A program made the translations under genes and the position numbers. A DNA stretch of 62,641 nt, counting the filler, from Platydemus manokwari (Eukaryota): NCBI GenBank assembly GCA_037951405.1. It is 6 parts of 6 records of this genome, joined end to end, with 100 filler letters (N's around TTAATTAATTAA, not from the genome) between each part and the next. Parts side by side here need not be neighbours in the genome. Positions count along the whole stretch, not along the records: positions 21,186 to 30,558 come from JBBMOY011258319.1; positions 30,659 to 40,901 come from JBBMOY011154659.1; positions 41,002 to 50,885 come from JBBMOY011192766.1; 3 more parts are not named here. One strand, 5' to 3'. Of this stretch, positions 28,636 through 41,279 are shown piece by piece. The stretch's first letter is position 1. Every line of letters starts with the position of its first letter. The notes beneath the pieces are model-generated. The model had not been told where the DNA came from, ran no database searches, and saw nothing but the letters and a program-made list of their open reading frames with translations.

Positions 28636-30186
28636 TCATTTATTTCTAGAAGAATACTCCTGAATATATTTTCTCACAAGTCGGGTTGAGAGAAAACACA
28701 CAATAATCATGAAACCATTGACATGAGAAATGAGAATTCCAATATGGAGTACAATTTCTTGTGGAATTAATGCCATGACTGTATTGAGTATCCACGAAAT
28801 TCCACTAATAGAACACAACTTGATCCCGATTAAAAACCGTTTGTTTTGTTCATTATTATTGTTGGTATTTAATTGAGCGCAATTTCGAAGATGCATACAA
28901 ATCTTGACGCATACAACTGTAGTCAAGATTAAAATAATGAAAGCTGGAATCATATAGAGAATTATTAAAGGTAATATTTTAATTAAAAGACATGATTGTG
29001 GAATGGAAATTTCCTTAGTCATTACTAGATTAAATCTATTGAGTAGTACAATGACACTACATAAAAATAAGGGAACCAAGAACGATGAACTGAAAAAGCG
29101 AACCTTTCGTATATTATTACATTCGTCACGGCTAGGACTTCGAGAATTGCGCATTGCATTTATATCACTCCAGAAACTGAAAACGTAATTGAATATGCAA
29201 ATCATTTCGGAAATGTGAAAAAATATCGATAAGATTCCCAAAAAATTACAAATCGTAAAGTAGCACGAATTGCATGGAAATAAAGCTAGTAAATTTATGA
29301 TCTCTAAACAGGTGACATTTATTCCGATAGTAACAATCATGTAACTCGTAGATGTATACAATGGTTTTATTGATAAATATACTACTATCAAAATAATTGA
29401 GGCAATCAATACCGTAATTGTAACGAATGCTTGTGTGACAAACATCCAAAACGAATCAGGTGGTACAGTGGCAACTGGATTGCTTGAGGATATATTTGAG
29501 GAATTAGAATGATTTCCAATATCGATATTCTTACTATACAAAACCGCATTGATTGCATGATAAAATAATCCCGATCTTGAAACGGGTGCTTCAATACATT
29601 TGATTGAATTCGTTTGATTGCAGCATTTGAAATCGAAATATCTGTACCAAGCTCTAGTTGAATTAATCTCGGAATAACCAATGTATTCCTTGAAACCTTT
29701 TTTAGATTGAGACCGGCAATCACCCTCTGAAAGAGAGCAAAAGAATGATTTGAGTGACGAGATATTTAAAGCAAATTCGCATTGATAATCGTGTATCTTC
29801 GCAGCTATAAACTGTTCTTCAGGTATGGTTCCTTTGATTCTGAATTTTGATTTACAATTTATTTTATTTTTAATATCAATGAATTTCATTTCGGTCACAT
29901 CGTTACAATGAGCACAGTATTTATTTCGAAACAAAACCCTGTTATTATATCCATACAAAGGCAAATAATCCATTATCGATGGATGGAAAATGTTGGGGTT
30001 TTCACATTTTTCTCGAAAGGCTTTGTCGATTTTCGGATTGGTACAAGTGGAAATCATCGATAAGAAAATACGTGTCGATAGTGGCCAACATATGGATTGT
30101 TTACATTCAATATCAGAACACAAATAAAGAAATATAATATTAATAGCAATTTGGTTTTGATTTGCAAAGCTCCTCATATTTTTCAT
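28636..30186 (-). CDS. Methuselah-like / adhesion-type (family B-like) GPCR, 516 aa, single exon
   Basis: Long ORF with a Cys-rich ectodomain containing FRNKYCAHCN, about seven hydrophobic helices, TM6 GISW and TM7 NGFMIIVCF followed by a basic tail. Confidence 0.85.
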   Translation of the reverse strand: MKNMRSFANQNQIAINIIFLYLCSDIECKQSICWPLSTRIFLSMISTCTNPKIDKAFREKCENPNIFHPSIMDYLPLYGYNNRVLFRNKYCAHCNDVTEMKFIDIKNKINCKSKFRIKGTIPEEQFIAAKIHDYQCEFALNISSLKSFFCSLSEGDCRSQSKKGFKEYIGYSEINSTRAWYRYFDFKCCNQTNSIKCIEAPVSRSGLFYHAINAVLYSKNIDIGNHSNSSNISSSNPVATVPPDSFWMFVTQAFVTITVLIASIILIVVYLSIKPLYTSTSYMIVTIGINVTCLEIINLLALFPCNSCYFTICNFLGILSIFFHISEMICIFNYVFSFWSDINAMRNSRSPSRDECNNIRKVRFFSSSFLVPLFLCSVIVLLNRFNLVMTKEISIPQSCLLIKILPLIILYMIPAFIILILTTVVCVKICMHLRNCAQLNTNNNNEQNKRFLIGIKLCSISGISWILNTVMALIPQEIVLHIGILISHVNGFMIIVCFLSTRLVRKYIQEYSSRNK

Positions 30187-30558
30187 TTGATGAATTGTAA
30201 TTGAATCATTTTCGAACTACATCAAATAGTCATGAAATTATGAAACAGGATTGAAATACTTATTCCAATCATTATCTTATCTGATAATATGAATGCCAAT
30301 TATTTGACAAAATGCCATTTATTGACATATCAGTGCAATTAATAGATTATTTAAATTTAGATGTTTATTATTGGTTTTAAATTATTGAATGGATATATCA
30401 AGTTTTTGATAACTTAATCAATGACAAGAATTATTCCATGTTTATTAATGTCAAATCTTTATCGTAGAAATGTTTACTTTAAATCCATTTTATCAGCAGC
30501 TTCTATTTTAAAATTTTATATAAATATGATTTTATATAAAGTTAGAATTAAATTTGAA

Positions 30559-30658
30559 NNNNNNNNNNNNNNNNNNNNNNNNNNNNNNNNNNNNNNNNNN
30601 NNTTAATTAATTAANNNNNNNNNNNNNNNNNNNNNNNNNNNNNNNNNNNNNNNNNNNN
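30559..30658. other. Artificial contig spacer
   Basis: N44-TTAATTAATTAA-N44. Confidence 0.98.
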
Positions 30659-30700
30659 TCAACAAACCATTTTTCTTATGGCCAGTGACATCTGTTACAA

Positions 30701-30732
30701 AAACCGGAAAGGAATTACCGACACACCTGGTA
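30701..30732 (+). mobile_element. Isolated mariner-like right TIR
   Basis: AAACCGGAAAGGAATTACCGACACACCTGG followed by TA, resembling the TIR at 12033-12061. Confidence 0.45.
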
Positions 30733-32817
30733 AATTGTATACACGCGGAAAATATACGAAATTTGAAGAATTTCTGTGTAAATCGACCTTAATGGTGGAG
30801 TTTTATTTTATTGGTTTAACTATATTAGACTGTATCGATTGTTGATACTTTTTTATCCAAATTGGCACTCATAGATATTGTAATACCTGACACATGAGTA
30901 TAAAAGTAATTATTAAAAGTAATTCCCAACACCGATTGAAAACTTAATATTTAATTAATCGTCATTTATTGATTAATATTTTAAAAATTTTAATGAAAAA
31001 ATATTCTAATTAGAAATATTAAGATAATTATTAAACATAAATTGTATACACGAGGAAAATATTCGAAATCTATAATTCTTTAATAATTTGATTGTGTTCA
31101 TTTTAATTTTCTAACATCCCAATAAACACTTCATCTAAAAATATAATATTTTATTAGATATTAACAAATTTTCATTTTACCATTTCATCTTTGCTAGTAG
31201 CATTGTTCTCAATACATATAATTTCATTATCAAACAATCTTTTCAATAAAACATTGGCATTCGATTATGTTTTATTTAGTATTTTTTCTAAGTTAAACCT
31301 TCAATCAATTCAATTTTCATAGATTTAATTTTTCACGAAACCTGGAGTTTAAAAAGATTTTTCAACTCAAAAATACTCAAATCATATTTAGAATCATATT
31401 TACATTCGATTCATAGCTTTTCTTCTTTTCCTAATTGGGGTGTTTTCTTTATTTTGTTTCGTTTTTATTATTACAACTATTATTGACACTTTTTTGGCAA
31501 GGTCTGAGTCTAATCAGTACTCTGGAATTCTAATGACTCACAGGTAATCACGAATCTAATAATATGATGTTCATTCGCCTCTATCAACTCTAATCTACAT
31601 ATGGAGACAAAATGAAAGGCTCTAGGCATTGTTTTATTGATTTTAAAACTTTTAATTAAAATTTAATTCTCGATCGCTTCGATCTCACGTTTATAAACTT
31701 CCAAGTGTAGTAAAGCCAATTTGTTCAAGAGATATGGGATTAGCACGATAAATATTATATTATACGGTTGTTATAAATATTTGATGATTTTGCAATTATC
31801 TGAATGCTTATGGATTTCCTATCAGCTTTGAATTGAACGATTTCCGCAAAAATATCTATATCAAATTGACCTTCTGTTATTCACTGGCCATATAATTGTC
31901 AAAAATGTTTGAAGAACTTGGCTGACTTGATGCTTTATTCAATTCGATTCTTGGCTTTCGATTAACTTATCTAGTGATTTAATAATATTGGCAAAGTTAC
32001 TGATGTTGTGAGCCTATTGATTTGATTGTCTATTTGAGGATAATTTCCATATTAATGCGGGTGTACTGTTTTAATTCAATGGGATTATTAAATTTATTCG
32101 AGATTATTGTTCTCATAATAGGAGCATCTAACAAATAAAATTCACCACTGTTATTTTTATTTTATTGAATTCGATTCAATAGAGTATTTTTATCAATAAG
32201 GTATTTTGCTGCCAAGCCAAATATAAGATACGGGTTAATATTCGATTCTATTCAATCGATATTTCTTGAATAGATTATTTTTTGTCACGTTTCTCATTTA
32301 TTTCAGATTTCAATGAGAAAGTTAACGGTCATATCTAACAAAACATATTCATCATGACCATTACAAACACACGATTCCATAGATAAACAGTATTTAAAAC
32401 TTGAACTCAAAACTATTGTAATAAATAAACCCCAGTCATAACCAATTTATTTAAATACCTACACATGAACATTACTAAATATATTTTTTTACCAAATCAC
32501 AAAACTAGTGATAGCTAAATTGATACGCAGTAGACATCGCTGAACCGAAAACATAAAATTTCAGTTATAATTAAAAATCGATCTATGATTATAAACCATA
32601 TTAAACTATAATCTTTTCATTGTGATTATATTTTATACTAAATTCAAGATGGTCAAATATAATTTGTACATCATTATGAACGGAAAAATGTGTTTTTTCA
32701 ATAAATTTGTTTAAAAATATTGGTCAATAAATAACGATTGATTAAATATTAAGTTTTCAATCGGTATTGAGAATTACTTTTAATAATATAACCCATGTGG
32801 CGGTTATTATAATATCC

Positions 32818-33871
32818 ATGAGTGCCAATTTGGATCAAAAAAGTAATTGATTACAGCGATTGATTACAATGGAAAGCATCATCCGGTGTGGATAAGCTTG
32901 CGTAATTATTGGGGAAATGTAGTGTTGGAGCATGAGTGTTGTCCAAGAGCTGAGATAAAACACTACAATGTAGAAAAGACCGGATTAAACGATGAAAATT
33001 TGAGATACGGATACGATGCGGAAGAATCAAAAAGGAAAGTAATATCATATACCCGGGGAAAAATCATTGTGGGTTATGTTTTAAAAAATAAATTGAAAGC
33101 TATGGATATCGAGTTAGCTGAGGTAATGGGAATCAGAGACCTCAAGCGATCTGACGCTCTGAACGAAATGTTGCCGGAAGGAATTGATAAGTCAAACTTA
33201 TAAATTCAGGAAGTAAATTTTCATTTGTTTAATAAAATTAGCAGGCAAGTGAATAAAAATGACGACATAAACTCGCTAATGGAGCTATACCACAAATATG
33301 AGAATCATTGGAGAGACAACCAAATTCGAACAGCCAGGAGAGAAAATGAAATAATCAACAATGCTACCCAAATTTTCGATTGGGCTTATGAAATCAATCT
33401 AGACAATCAAACACTCATCAGAGAAGGCAAAAAAATCTGGGTATTACAACCATTTAAGGAAAAAATTCTGGACAAGAAAAGAATAAAATTTCAAAGGAAA
33501 TACTTGACCACAATCAATGAAAACTATGGCCCATATCGAAAACAAATGATCAGTTATGAAAGTCACGCACTGAAGAAGAAGATCAGAATCGCAGAAATGA
33601 AAATCTCATTACTATCAGACAAATGAATCAATTGATGTCAATCGAGCCTACAACATCCTCAAGTGATGCAGAATGGAATGAAGTTGATGACATTTTATCG
33701 GATATACGAATGACCATGAACGAGTTGGAAACAGCCATTGACGAGACTTGGGAAGAACGACTGATAGCCGTAAGAATCAGTGAAATAGTAAGTAATAGTA
33801 AATGGAATCCTAATGCACCGGAGTTCGTGCCAAAAAGTCATTGGGAAGGTGACATGGATCACCCCAATTAA
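32818..33871 (+). pseudogene. Disrupted intronless ORF: REXO4/ISG20-like DEDDh exonuclease fold, helical region and C-terminal PAM2 motif; probably LTR-element cargo
   Basis: ISLRNYWGNVVLEHECCP / HYNVEKTGLNDENLRYG / RGKIIVGYVLKNKLKAM / IRD / DINSLMELY are colinear with REXO4. ORFs 32847-33203 and 33225-33626 share one frame across a single TAA. The last ORF contains SKWNPNAPEFVP. Confidence 0.75.
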
Positions 33872-33966
33872 GAAAATAATTTTTCTCGGAAAAGAAGATC
33901 AGATTCGGTAGTCCTCAATCCAAGTAAAAAGACGCGTGAGGACACGCTTTCCAGGCCCTCCAGTAA

Positions 33967-34490
33967 TGCTGGGATTTCGAGAAAAATAGACAATAAACTT
34001 TGCATGCTTATGATATTGATGTATAATAGTATTACTTTTTATCATTTTTGTAAATAATTTGATGTGCAAATATTATCCTACTTTTTTGTCTTGTGTTTAT
34101 TTTCTCAAAACGAAATAATCTTAAACCCTTAATCAATTGGAAGTTTTAGTCGTTGAATAATAATAATATTTAATCAAAGTTAAAAATAAAATAGTTAAGA
34201 AAATCTTTTTCGTAAATTGGAATATTAAATGTTTTAGTTAAAATATTAAGTATTTTGGTTAAAGATAATAACTGTAGAAAATCCTTTTATCATATTTTAA
34301 TATGATAATTATTTAGAATAAAATTTGGTTAATTTTTTTGTTTAAAAACTTAGAATAAATTAATAAAATAGAATTAATTAAAATGAAAATAAGTTAATTA
34401 TTTTCATTTTCTGCCCAACGACTAAAAAATCTAATACTTTAAACTCCTATTTTTCCCGAAATTACCAGTATATTAAAATAATACCCAACA
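33967..34490 (+). mobile_element. Candidate 3' LTR (TGCTGGG...CCCAACA, 524 bp)
   Basis: Near-perfect 7-bp inverted termini. Preceded by the hairpin GCGTG-AGGA-CACGC (33934-33947) and a GC-rich tract CCAGGCCCTCCAGTAA at the PPT position. Confidence 0.55.
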
Positions 34491-35018
34491 ATAAAACCCG
34501 CACGGCAACTAAGGCAAAGAGAAAATTCTTTTGAATTGTGAGAATTCGTCACAATAAAGAATAAAAGCACCTGCATATTTTTATTGATCCCGAATAAAAT
34601 CCCATTGTTCATCAAACCATATATAAGGCAGTAAAAACATCATATGCCTGAACCACCCGCCTGTTACAAAGAAAGCCCTATTATATTGAAACCACTAGGA
34701 TAGTGCGTTAAGAAGCTTAATAACTGAAGAAGATCATTTGTGCCGTCGAAGTCGTCAATCTCTCTGCAGCCGTTGTTCCAGCATATGCCCTATAATTTTT
34801 ATGGGAAGAGTATTAAATAATATTGTCCATCCGAAGACGAGACCACGTAAGAGTAATTCCTGTAAAATCAATATATTCTTATTTATTTGGCATATTCTCC
34901 CTATTTATCGAGCCGAGCTCGGAAAAACCTCTGAAGAAACGGACACTGACCCAATAGCACGAACGGTAACTGTTTTGTCCAGCATCTGCTTCCAAAGAAT
35001 TTAAGTGTATATAAGTAT

Positions 35019-35546
35019 TGTTAAAAACAATTGCATATTCGTAGCAATTCATAGCCATAATTGTATATTGTATTCATTGTATATAGTACGGTAAAAGTAG
35101 TAATTTATAGCTCCATAATTGTATAATTGTAATCACAATAAAATTTCATAACCATAAACCGAGTTGACTTGTTGCATTGTTATTTGATATAAGATATCAT
35201 AAATTCATAGTAGTGATTATCATTGTCATTCATCACCTATTCGGGAATAATTTTGGTTAAGTAAATAAAACAGACACTGATAAAACGAGTGAGGACCGAG
35301 TGAGAAAAGTAGTATCAAAATCAGAAAGATAAAGTTAAAAACCAAATATCGATTACTACGCCGATCCACTTATCGTCATATAAGAAGTGATCGTCGCGGC
35401 GAACAAAATAATAAAACTCATAAGGTCATAATACTACCTGAGGGTCTATAACGGACTCAGAGCACTGATTAAGTCGTAGTATAGATCAATCAAAAGAAAG
35501 AATAATAAATCATTAAAAGAGAGTGACCCTAAAACGTATCATAACA
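35019..35546. mobile_element. Candidate solo LTR (TGTTA...TAACA, 528 bp)
   Basis: 5-bp inverted TG..CA termini and an internal short duplication. No clean TSD. Confidence 0.35.
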
Positions 35547-36138
35547 AGAAAATTATTTTAATACATATTTATCGTTAAAAGATATTTTATATAGAACTCA
35601 ATAAATATGGTGTTTCGAATCTCTAAAATTGGTTCACAAATTACGCTTTAAGATAGCAGTTCATATCAAGTACAGGCAGAATTTTAAAGTCATCCTAGTC
35701 ACGTTATGTACTACATGATGTAAAAGGAACTTTTTCAATGAATATGAGGTCCACTATCTCTCCTTTAACATCAGTTTATCATAAGATTTTTCTATGTTTT
35801 TGAACCTGTAATTAAATTGAAAAACCAAGCTTACATTCCAAAAAATAATATTTTGATGTTTCTGTCAAAAACTAAAAATCAGGATATATTTTTTAAAAAA
35901 ATTACACACCTCAATGGAGAAGATTGAAGATCGTATGCTAGACACGTTTAGAACCATTTTCTTAAATATTTTTAAAATTTCATTAAACAAAAGTATATAG
36001 TTTTGGGGTTTCGGAAAATGACAGTCGTTTATTTGGAGACATGAGTCCATATATGTAAATATGTGCATGAACACTATCTTTTAGTCTTGGTATTGCATAA
36101 ATATCTTAACAAATTTCAATTGTCTATTTTCCATTCAG

Positions 36139-39100
36139 GATTTTATTATTGCTTAAACATGATTTTAATCACCATGTCAACCTTTTGCTCAGTGATGGTG
36201 ATAAACTTATATTTTCGTGGCGACAACAAAAAACGAGTTCCATCATGGCTTAAAAAGGTAATGGTTTTTTTTTCATTGTTGGTTTTCGATTTCAAACGTA
36301 ATTTAAATTTCGGACGTTTTTTTTGATTTAATAAAGGAAATCACCGAGCAATGATAAATTTTCATGGAGCATTAATTATTTTTAACAAAAATTAATAGTT
36401 TTTGTTGGTTGAAATAATTTATTGGATAAATTTACATATTGATGATAAAAGCTGATAAAATTTCAATCTAATTTTATACAAGATTAAATTTCTTTTCTTT
36501 TCCGAAACCACTTAACCGAATGATGGAGTTGGGAATTTTAATAAATAAAATAGATATTAATAGATAATTATTATATATAACCTAGTTTTGCCTGAAGCAT
36601 TGTATGAAATTAAACTTCAAATACACTTGGCTTTTAAACCACAGCTTCAATTTCTCTTAAATTTTAGCTTTAAAATTTGAAAAAGTTTTAAATAATTATC
36701 AAGGATTCTTTTAATTTATTTATTAGTTTGTATTTTTGTGAAAAATATTATGGGAAAATGTTAAAATGAAAGGTTAAGAAAACGATAACCAAGGCTAATC
36801 GTTGACAATCCAGAACGAGTTTATAAATTCTTATTATTGTTAATAACAAACCCGATTATCAAGTTAAAATGTCGTTTTATTAATTGCTGGTTATTCGCAA
36901 ATGAAATTTTAACTTGAATAATTTTCTATAAGATTTGAAAATCGTTCAGAAAGAAAAGTAGTAATTTGATGACCGGTATTTCAAGGAAATTTGGAAATTG
37001 TGAAGACAATGTTACAATTTCGAAGCAAAATATTGCCGAATATTTTCCAAAAAATTGAAATCTGGAACTAATTAAAGGTTTGAGATGCGCCGATTTATCA
37101 TACTCGAAACTTAATTGGAGTAAATTTAGTAGAAGTATGTACTAATCTTGAACATATCACAAAATAAGCCTCATAATATCTTTCATGGCTATAAATTTAT
37201 TAGATAGACTGATGTTGCTAAATATAATAAGCAATAAAAATGTAAATTGTCAAGTATAGAAGTTTAAAAATACTGGAATTTTGCCAATATATATTTTGCC
37301 TATATGTGTTGTAATGAACACCCCCGTGAAAGTATTTATTTACAGTGTTTCTCGATTTCAAATACTCTGACAAATCTAAGTTTCATTTTCTTTGAGATTT
37401 GAAATAATTAATAACAGACAAATTATCATTCAAATATTTCAATGAGAGGCGAGAGTTATTTCCAAAATTATATCCTGGAAATATTTCAAGATAATTTTAA
37501 AATTTATTTTAATTTAAATCCAATATTCATAATTATATCATTATTATTATTTTTATCCAATATATTCTTTGCGAAATAAAATCAATTAAGAAAAAAATTG
37601 TTCCAAATCAATTATGACTGAAATATGGATAATTTTACTAGCAATTAATATTTTCAGTTTTAAAATTAGAATAAGAAATAAATAAAATCTCTACCAGAAG
37701 TAATAGCGTTATTTCAAGGAGTAACAATAACTGTTACCTAATTTATATTCAGTTTACCAGTTAAAAATTATATTCACCAATTGAATAATTAGAAAATCCA
37801 AAAAACTAGTTTAGAAGAGTACAACGAAATTTGTTTTCAAAAAATGTTATAGGAAATTCTCACAGAAATTCATTTTACAAAATTCCATTAGATGTCTGTA
37901 TGATAGTATCCCAGAGGACTTTCTAATAGGCAAGTACATTCATTCTCAACGAACAAACCATCTGTTAGTGGCAACTAAATATATCGAATCTGAAGCGTTA
38001 ATTGGGGGGAAAATTTTATTGTTGATAAAATCATTTAGTTCTTAGAAAATCGATATCGAGAAATCAGTTCTCCCAATAGAATTTACATATAGAATTCACA
38101 TTAGTCAAAACAAAGCCTAATTGAAAGCATAATTTTAGCAAAATTTAAAATTAATCGAAGGACAGCTAATAATATGTTCGTAAAAGTGCAAATTTTTTCT
38201 TTGTTTTTATTTTAATTATTAGAACAGTAAAATAAATTTCTAAATCACAATAAAATATTTTTTTGATATCAATTAAATACTGGAATTATTATAATCCAAA
38301 GAATTAAGCGAGCATTCATTGCGGATAAATGATTAGTTTGTTAATAGGTTTGTCGAGCATATTTTCACTCGGTTGATTGAGATATTTATCAAGGATTAGA
38401 GGACGACCATCACTAGGTTAGAAAGATTGAGTCTACTAGATCAATTTTATCCTAGAGATAAAACTGAGTAGAAAATTTTGATGATAGCTACGAAATAATC
38501 ATATTGTGAAATTATGTCCTCTAACGATATTATTTATAGGTAATCGTTAAAGTAGGATTCGTTCTTTTGATGGATACATCGAATATTGTTGCCAAAAATG
38601 AAAAAATAAAAATAATACAATCCGAAATCAAATATAATAAAAAATTCTCCAAGAAAGTCGGTTTCAAATTTGGCTCGAATCAAAATATCGACAAATCTAA
38701 TCGGAATTCCAAAAACAAAAATCACCCAATGACAAGTTCCGGAGAAATGAATTCCAAAATCGATTGCTCGAACAAAGAGAATAGTTCCTCGCGAGATTAT
38801 CCTGTTTCTAATAAACCTAATCTTACTTTAACAATCGATAATAACAAAGTGGGGAACATTAAATACTGTCTTGAAAAGAATAAGATTATTATTACACAAG
38901 AAGATGATGATTCGAATCTTAGAAATTCAAATCCATCCAATCTCACCCCACAATTAGAGAGAACGATATTGAAGTTTTCTCAAACATTAGAAAATGATGT
39001 TTCCGAGATAAGGAAAAGCATCCGAATTTTAATGAATCGGATGGCCGATATTGACAATGCCAACAAAAGAGCGAGTGAATGGCGAACAGTTGCTTTAGTT

Positions 39101-39235
39101 TTAGATAGAATATTTTTCCTAATTTTCCTTACTACCATTATTGTTTCTGCATTGGTTTTGCTTCTACCAAAAAGTCCTAGCAATACAATTGAAGAATTAA
39201 TTCGACAAAATACTCCAAAAAATGAAACCCAGTAA
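36139..39235 (+). CDS. Nicotinic acetylcholine receptor (Cys-loop) subunit, last two exons (36139-36257 TM3; 38540-39235 cytoplasmic loop + TM4); upstream exons not found
   Basis: GFYYCLNMILITMSTFCSVMVINLYFRG..RVPSWLKK|VIVKVGFVLLM...EWRTVALVLDRIFFLIF. Canonical splice sites with consistent phase. Confidence 0.92.
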
Positions 39236-39640
39236 ATTATTTGACCAAAAAAAACTAAAATTCGATTCAGGTAAGATTATATGCAAACATTTGTGCCAAA
39301 CCAACTGAATAATCTTATTTAACCAATGTGCATTTAAAAATCTAGTGTTCGCAGCAACTCAAAAGACCTTCCAATATTTTACAAGATTACAAAATTTTTC
39401 CTAGAGTTTGCTATCTATTTAGAGATTTCCTTATTCGTTATAAAAATTACAATTTTGCTCATATATTGCACGGTTGTGATTTATTATTGTTTCTATTCCT
39501 CTGGTTGTAAATCGTAGATTTAGAGAAATTATATTATGATAATTTACAGTTTTATTAGATTAAATCGTCTTCTTTTATAACACTGTCATATAGAAACAAG
39601 ACATGATAAATCAGAATTTTTTATTTGGATTTTCACAATA

Positions 39641-40784
39641 TTAAAATAGTTTTCTAATTTGATTAAAGTTTTTATTGTCACATTCTTTACAAATTGAATT
39701 AACGTAATCATTAAAATCACTGCTGGCTTCAGCATAAAGATGATGACCAGCATCATCAATTACCTAAAACAACAACATGTTACCAAGATATTGATATATC
39801 AATCAAAATCGTACTCTGACTCTGACTGATGAATTCAATCGCAAATGTTGAGCTTGATAACCTGTTTGCCAATCCATCCATGATTTACCACCATAAATGA
39901 AAATGACATCGATGTTAGAACTTATATCGTTGATTCTCTTAATCATAGGACGAGATGCCCATCCAATTGGAGAAGACAAGCATTTGAATGCTGCCTCACC
40001 ACTAGATTAAATAAAACATCACAATAGAAAATTTAAACATTATAAATATGAGGATATTTAATTTTTACTTTTAACCAAAATAACCAATCGATTATTTATT
40101 ATGATGATAATTCATTCAAACAAATTTCTCAGTCATATAATTATTTTAGAACATAGTTTCACATTGTCACAAATGGCAAGTAATCGATAAAAGATTTCCA
40201 CCTTGTCAATCATTTAGTTCAATCAAATTGCTTGACAATTCATTGTCTAGCCAAAACAGAAAATATCAAGAAATTTGGTAAAGAAATCAAACCTCGGAAA
40301 CGTAACTGGAGCTCATATTACTGAAAAACTAACAAATGGATTATAATTAAAATTTCTATTAAAAGTGGATGTTATTTGATGAAGCTTGTAACACAATATC
40401 AAGCTCATCTGAGATACGTTAGCGAAAATTAATTAAATCTTTTAATAATAAAAATTTGTAAAGCTATATTAATCAATTATCTCAAATGTTAATAAAAAAT
40501 ATGGCATTCAATAATTAAATAATAATAAAAGATATAAAATTCCTTGGAATACATTTTTAAAGGATTAATTTATACCTGGGATATTTTGTATTGCAATGAT
40601 AAACATAATCGAATATTGCTGTTAAATCAGATTCGGTATGTTTTAATAGAAAGCTTTTACTTTCAAAAGCTTTTTCGGATTCAGACTTTGTATCATCGTC
40701 ATCATCGTCATCATCTTCGTCATCACCAAGTTGATTTTTATCTAATCGTTCATTAGATAATTGTTCATTGTCCTTAGTAATGTT
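39641..40784 (-). CDS. ABHD4/ABHD5 (CGI-58)-family alpha/beta hydrolase, 3' exons 40784-40661, 40618-40576, 40001-39815, 39763-39641; 5' end off contig
   Basis: IFDYVYHCNTKYPSGEAAFKCLSSPIGWASRPMIKRI...IFIYGGKSWMD...DAGHHLYAE is colinear with the ABHD4/5 C-terminus. All intron phases are consistent. Confidence 0.92.
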
Positions 40785-40901
40785 CTGAAAATTAAAGGTT
40801 AATATGTTTCAAATTATAATCTCATATAACTAAATTTATTCTAACTAAACACTTTGTAAAGGACAAACTGTATTTAGAATGTTTACATCATTGATAATTT
40901 T

Positions 40902-41001
40902 NNNNNNNNNNNNNNNNNNNNNNNNNNNNNNNNNNNNNNNNNNNNTTAATTAATTAANNNNNNNNNNNNNNNNNNNNNNNNNNNNNNNNNNNNNNNNNNN
41001 N
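40902..41001. other. Artificial contig spacer
   Basis: N44-TTAATTAATTAA-N44. Confidence 0.98.

Positions 41002-41069
<68 letters not shown>
41002..41069. repeat. (TTA)n microsatellite at contig edge
   Basis: Perfect TTA array of about 22 units. Confidence 0.97.
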
Positions 41070-41279
41070 TTATTAAAATTATTATAATTATTATTATAAT
41101 AATAAATGATATTATTTTTAATATTATTATTATCATTTATATCATTATTGTTATCAATACTTGAATTATTATGATTATAATGGTGATGATTATTATTATT
41201 TTCTTTTATTATTATTCTATTACAATTATTATAATAATTGTTAATAATAATAATAAATAATATTATTTTAAATCAATAC

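Noticed and set aside
29003-29723. Short ORFs overlapping the GPCR
   Set aside because: Alternative-frame or antisense shadows with no motifs.
30732-31070. 31-bp direct repeat AAATTGTATACACG.GGAAAATAT.CGAAAT, two copies
   Set aside because: Only two units about 300 bp apart in eukaryotic DNA. Not a CRISPR array and no function is evident.
31500-32100. Possible LINE/Penelope RT relic (CFIDFKTFN)
   Set aside because: One motif only; strand and family could not be fixed.
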